Positions 60,439 to 64,000 of a stretch of 64,000 bases of DNA are shown here, piece by piece (within the stretch, counting starts at the first letter, position 1; each line of letters starts with the position of its first letter). A program made the position numbers and the translations under genes. The notes under the pieces were generated by a model. It saw only the letters and a list, made by a program, of their open reading frames with translations, did no database searches and had not been told where the DNA came from. The stretch is from Candidatus Poribacteria bacterium (GTDB lineage Bacteria > Poribacteria > WGA-4E > WGA-3G): positions 1,687,371-1,751,370 of the forward strand of contig OY282386.1 in NCBI GenBank assembly GCA_958295945.1. Reading direction: 5' to 3'.

Positions 60439-61684
60439 GTAGACTGTCCACACTAAAATTGTGGGTATAAGCGTTTCAATCGGATGCGAGCATCATCCGT
60501 TGTCCATTGCCAGTCTACTTGCTTCGCTTCACCATTTCGTCTTTTTTCCCAAGCTTGTGTCTCTCGTCGTAGTGTTTCTATATCAGGGATGCGACGACCT
60601 AAACATTGTCGTGTTAGCACGCTAAGTTCTATCTCAGCAATATTCAACCAACTTCCATGTTTGGGCGTATACACGATTTCTAAACGAGCACATAAACGGC
60701 GTGCTTCCGCTGCTGGAAACGCTTTATACAAGGATGAAACTTTATGTGTATTCAGATTATCACAAACTAAAATCACTCGTTTTGCTTTCGGATACACCTC
60801 GTCTAATAGCACCTTTACCTCTTGTGCCCAATCCACCGCAGTCCGACGCTCACGCACAGACACGCCTCTCCACCCCGTTAGTGCTTCTGTGAATATGAAA
60901 AGTTGTGCTGTGCCATTGCGTCTATATTCATTATCTACACGCTTGACTTGACCCGGTTTGAGGGGGCACGGCTCGCGAATATCATCCCTCAACGTTACAG
61001 GTTGTTCATCCATATTCACAACCGGCACATCTGTGTCTAAAGGTTTCTGATAGAGATCAAGCACTTCTTCCATTGCTGCGACAAACTCAGCATTTTCGGT
61101 GGGTGGGATTACCCATTGTTCCACCAGGTGTGGCTTTAGTTCGTTTTTTTTAGCGTCTGGCGCACTGTTTCAGAACAAATACTCTCAACGATTTCAAGCT
61201 TCACGAATTCCGAAGCAAGAAGACGAAGGGACCACCTGCTATAGCCTTCAGGCGGTTCGCTACAACTCAACGCAATCAGACGCGCTTCTGCTTCACCATC
61301 CAACTTTCGAGGACACGGAGGTGTTTTGCGGTGCACTCGATCCAACGCTCCCGATAAACCCTTTTCTACAAAACGATGCCGCACATTGTAAACCGTCTGC
61401 TCATGACACGAGTAAGCTTCAGCTATCTGCTTATCAGTCCAGCGAGGACCATTTACATCGGATTTCAATAAGATGTGTGCATGCCTGATCTTATACGCTT
61501 TATTTTCTCCTTTACTTATATACTTGTTTAGTTCTTCACGCTCAATATCAGTTAATTCAACTATATATTTCTTTTTCAAGAGACTATTCCTTAAAGAAGT
61601 ATTTAGGGACATTCTAAAAGAAATACGTCTGTTTGGCAAGTTTTATTGAAGAATATACCTATAATTTTAGTGTAGACACTCCAC
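60439..61684 (-). mobile_element. IS630-family insertion sequence, apparently complete (1246 bp)
   Basis: Imperfect 22-bp TIRs, TA duplication in CTAG context, two-ORF transposase. Confidence 0.95.
60453..61579 (-). CDS. IS630 transposase, OrfA (HTH) + OrfB (DDE) joined by a -1 frameshift at an A8 run (61144-61151)
   Basis: OrfA ...ETVRQTLKK; shifted frame NELKPHL...; MDEQP, CDNLNTH, TPKHGSWLNIAEIELS; TTG start 61579 after AAGGA. Confidence 0.92.
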
Positions 61685-62112
61685 TAGTCCTTATAACTAT
61701 ATTGTCCCTACAAGTCTAAAAAATGTGTTTTGAACAATGAAAAATATGTCCATTGCCAAAAAATAACTTGACAAAAGTCCATTTATGTGTTAATATATTT
61801 ATATTATTAATATTAAAACGTATGTTCTGATAAACATAACAACATTAAGACATTTATAAGAACAAAAGAATGGAAACTATTATGAATATAAAAGACGGTA
61901 TTCATACAATTTATCACACATTTCTATACAAAAATAACGGACAAATCTCAGCATCTCAGAAAAATCTTACAGTTTTCAAAATTCAAATTTTAGTGCCATA
62001 AAATTATGCCCTATAAACCCATACAGAGACTGTGTTTATAGGCAATTTGCACGTCTTATGGACTGTAAGAGATTTCTTACAGTTTCGTAACTTTTCAAGA
62101 AGGAGACAGACC

Positions 62113-62226
62113 ATGAAATCGCAAGATAATCACAATGAATTTGCCATCAGATACTACACAAAAAATACTACTCTCATAGTCCTGGTTAGGTGCGGTTTCC
62201 TAACAGAACCTTATACATCAATTTAG
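62113..62226 (+). CDS. Small ORF (37 aa), probably a gene stub whose 3' half is repeat-derived
   Basis: AAGGAG RBS and ATG; runs into REP GGTTAGGTGCGGTTTCCTAAC. Confidence 0.3.
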   Translation: MKSQDNHNEFAIRYYTKNTTLIVLVRCGFLTEPYTSI

Positions 62227-62610
62227 TGTAAATAAGGCGTTTTCCCCAGGCCGGTAGGTTCGGTTTCCTTATCGAACTTACCGGCACTAGTGTTCTGTCT
62301 ACACTAAAATTGTCCGTCGCGATTTGGGGATCTCTCGGACAGAAACCTTGTGTCCGGTAGGAGGGAACTCCGATTCCCGATTTCTTTGGAGATTCATAAT
62401 TTTAGTGTAGACGCTCCACTAGTGTTCTGTCTACACTAATCTTGCGGGTAAATATCGCGATTCGGAGATCGATCCTACTGAATACAGCTCTGTCATTGTA
62501 GGAGGGAACTCCGATTCCCGATTTCTTTGGCAATTCATAATTTTAGTGTAGACGCTCTACTAGAAGGACGCTAAATTGACACTTATGGTGACAAAAACTT
62601 TACATACCCT
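62209..62610. mobile_element. Nested MITE cluster: two tandem family B MITEs (62290-62419, 62422-62560) inside further inverted ends
   Basis: Shared TA junctions; outer CCTTATACATCAATTTAG/CTAAATTGACACTTATGG; family D right end GTGACAAAAACTTTACATACCC. Confidence 0.82.
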
Positions 62611-62626
62611 ATCTCTCAAAAAATGA

Positions 62627-62655
62627 TTGACACCTATTGAAATAAAATATATGAT
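62627..62655 (+). promoter_or_regulatory. Sigma70-type promoter of the sulfatase
   Basis: TTGACA-17 nt-TATGAT. Confidence 0.65.
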
Positions 62656-62734
62656 ATGAATTATTATCTATAGCGTAAGCAACAATAACAATACTCTCGT
62701 TGTATTTCATTATCATAATTGATTGGAGGAACAA

Positions 62735-64000
62735 TTGAGCAGACCGAATATACTATTCATAATGTCAGATGACCATGCATCTCATGCGATGAGTTGTTAC
62801 GGAAGTCGTATTAATGAAACCCCGAATCTTGACCGTATCGCAGACGATGGGATGATTTTCCAAAACTGCTTCTGTGTCAATTCGATTTGTACCCCGAGTC
62901 GGGCAAATATTTTGACAGGTCTACATAGTCATCTCAACGGTGTGAAGACATTAGGTGATAAACTTGATGGGAAAAAACCGAATGTCGCCAAAATGCTTCA
63001 AGCAGATGGATATCAAACTGCTATGATAGGCAAATGGCACCTTGGCCACGGTGGAGATGCTGACCCTACTGGTTTTGATTACTGGAACGTTCTTCCGGGA
63101 CAGGGTGATTATTATGATCCTGTTATGATTGAGGAGAGCGGAAGGACAAAACATGAAGGTTATGCAACCGATGTCATCACAGATTTCTCATTGGATTGGC
63201 TGAAGAATCGGGACAAAGACAATCCGTTTTTCCTAATGTGTCATCACAAAGCACCACATCGACCTTGGGATTCAGACGAGAAACATGTGCACATGTATGA
63301 AGATGAGGATGTCCCAATGCCGGACAACTTCTTTGATGATTATTCTAACCGTTCTAATGCTGCAAAAGAAGCAAAAATGCGTGTCTTTGGACACATGAAT
63401 GATAGAGACCTAAAGATTGAAAGATTCGGTCCTCCACCAGAAGGTTTATCAGATGAAGAGTTAGCGAACTGGCAATATCAACGCTATATCAAGGAATACT
63501 TGCGATGTGTCGCTTCCATAGATGACAATGTTGGAAGATTGCTTGATTATCTTGATGAAGACGGTGTCGCTGATGATACAATGATTATTTACACTTCCGA
63601 TCAAGGTTTCTTCTTAGGTGACCACGGGTGGTACGACAAACGTTTTATGTATGAAGAATCGCTCCGCATGCCCTTTATTGTGCGTTATCCGCGTGCTATC
63701 GGTGCAGGAAGTTCTACTCACGCAATGGCATTAAACATCGATTTTGCTGAGACCTGGTTGGATTATGCAGGTCTACCAATTCCAGAAAACATGCAGGGTT
63801 CAAGTTTAAGACCAATTCTTGAAGGAGAAACTCCAGATGACTGGCGAACGCAGATGTATTATCGCTACTGGATGCACCTCTCACATCATCATGTGCCTGC
63901 ACATTACGGTGTTCGTACACACAAACATAAGCTCATCTATTACTATGGTGATCCTATGGGAACTACGGGTTCAGTGAACCAACATACAGAACCTGAATGG
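62735..64000 (+). CDS. Cys-type (S1) sulfatase, 3' end beyond the window
   Basis: TTG after GGAGGA; RPNILFIMSDDH, CTPSRANILTG (CxPxR), GKWHLG, HKAPHRPW, YTSDQGFFLGDHG; missing from the ORF track because no stop is reached. Confidence 0.95.
   Translation, partial: MSRPNILFIMSDDHASHAMSCYGSRINETPNLDRIADDGMIFQNCFCVNSICTPSRANILTGLHSHLNGVKTLGDKLDGKKPNVAKMLQADGYQTAMIGKWHLGHGGDADPTGFDYWNVLPGQGDYYDPVMIEESGRTKHEGYATDVITDFSLDWLKNRDKDNPFFLMCHHKAPHRPWDSDEKHVHMYEDEDVPMPDNFFDDYSNRSNAAKEAKMRVFGHMNDRDLKIERFGPPPEGLSDEELANWQYQRYIKEYLRCVASIDDNVGRLLDYLDEDGVADDTMIIYTSDQGFFLGDHGWYDKRFMYEESLRMPFIVRYPRAIGAGSSTHAMALNIDFAETWLDYAGLPIPENMQGSSLRPILEGETPDDWRTQMYYRYWMHLSHHHVPAHYGVRTHKHKLIYYYGDPMGTTGSVNQHTEPEW

Noticed and set aside
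61136..61160. IS630 as a frameshifted pseudogene
   Set aside because: A-run at the LKKN junction is the usual programmed frameshift position in two-ORF IS630 elements; ends and DDE motifs are intact

Overview
A 64-kb, AT-rich bacterial chromosomal segment. Gene content points to Candidatus Poribacteria or a close relative (inference from LRR/Ig/dockerin-like proteins with a YPNPFNPETW tail, lamin-tail and LamG proteins ending in a KLTTxWxxxK motif, PhyH dioxygenases, sulfatase). Coding content: four paralogous unknown proteins (one frameshifted) followed by three tandem ferredoxins; a WD40 protein; katG; a Ca2+/Na+ antiporter; a giant lamin-tail/Ig surface protein; thrC-like; PhyH; LamG; double-VWA; moaB; an ECF transporter split by two metzincin-LRR-Ig genes and an FGE-fold lipoprotein; a B12 radical SAM enzyme; a divergent GH32; a five-gene operon with two PspA/ESCRT-III-like proteins and a classic-clade AAA+ ATPase; Gfo/Idh/MocA; rhodanese; potD; a complete frameshifting IS630; and a sulfatase running off the end. 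Intergenic DNA is packed with GTAG-type REPs and several nested MITE families. Best leads: (1) a 542-bp protein-free IS200/IS605 derivative (44509-45050) whose ends can be verified from the sequence and which carries its own promoter and a ~440-nt densely structured RNA ending in a TnpB-omegaRNA-like right end; (2) the PspA-PspA-AAA+ operon; (3) nested 5'UTR-3'UTR complementarity bracketing the 4.7-kb surface-protein gene. All family calls are by motif recognition only; no searches were run.
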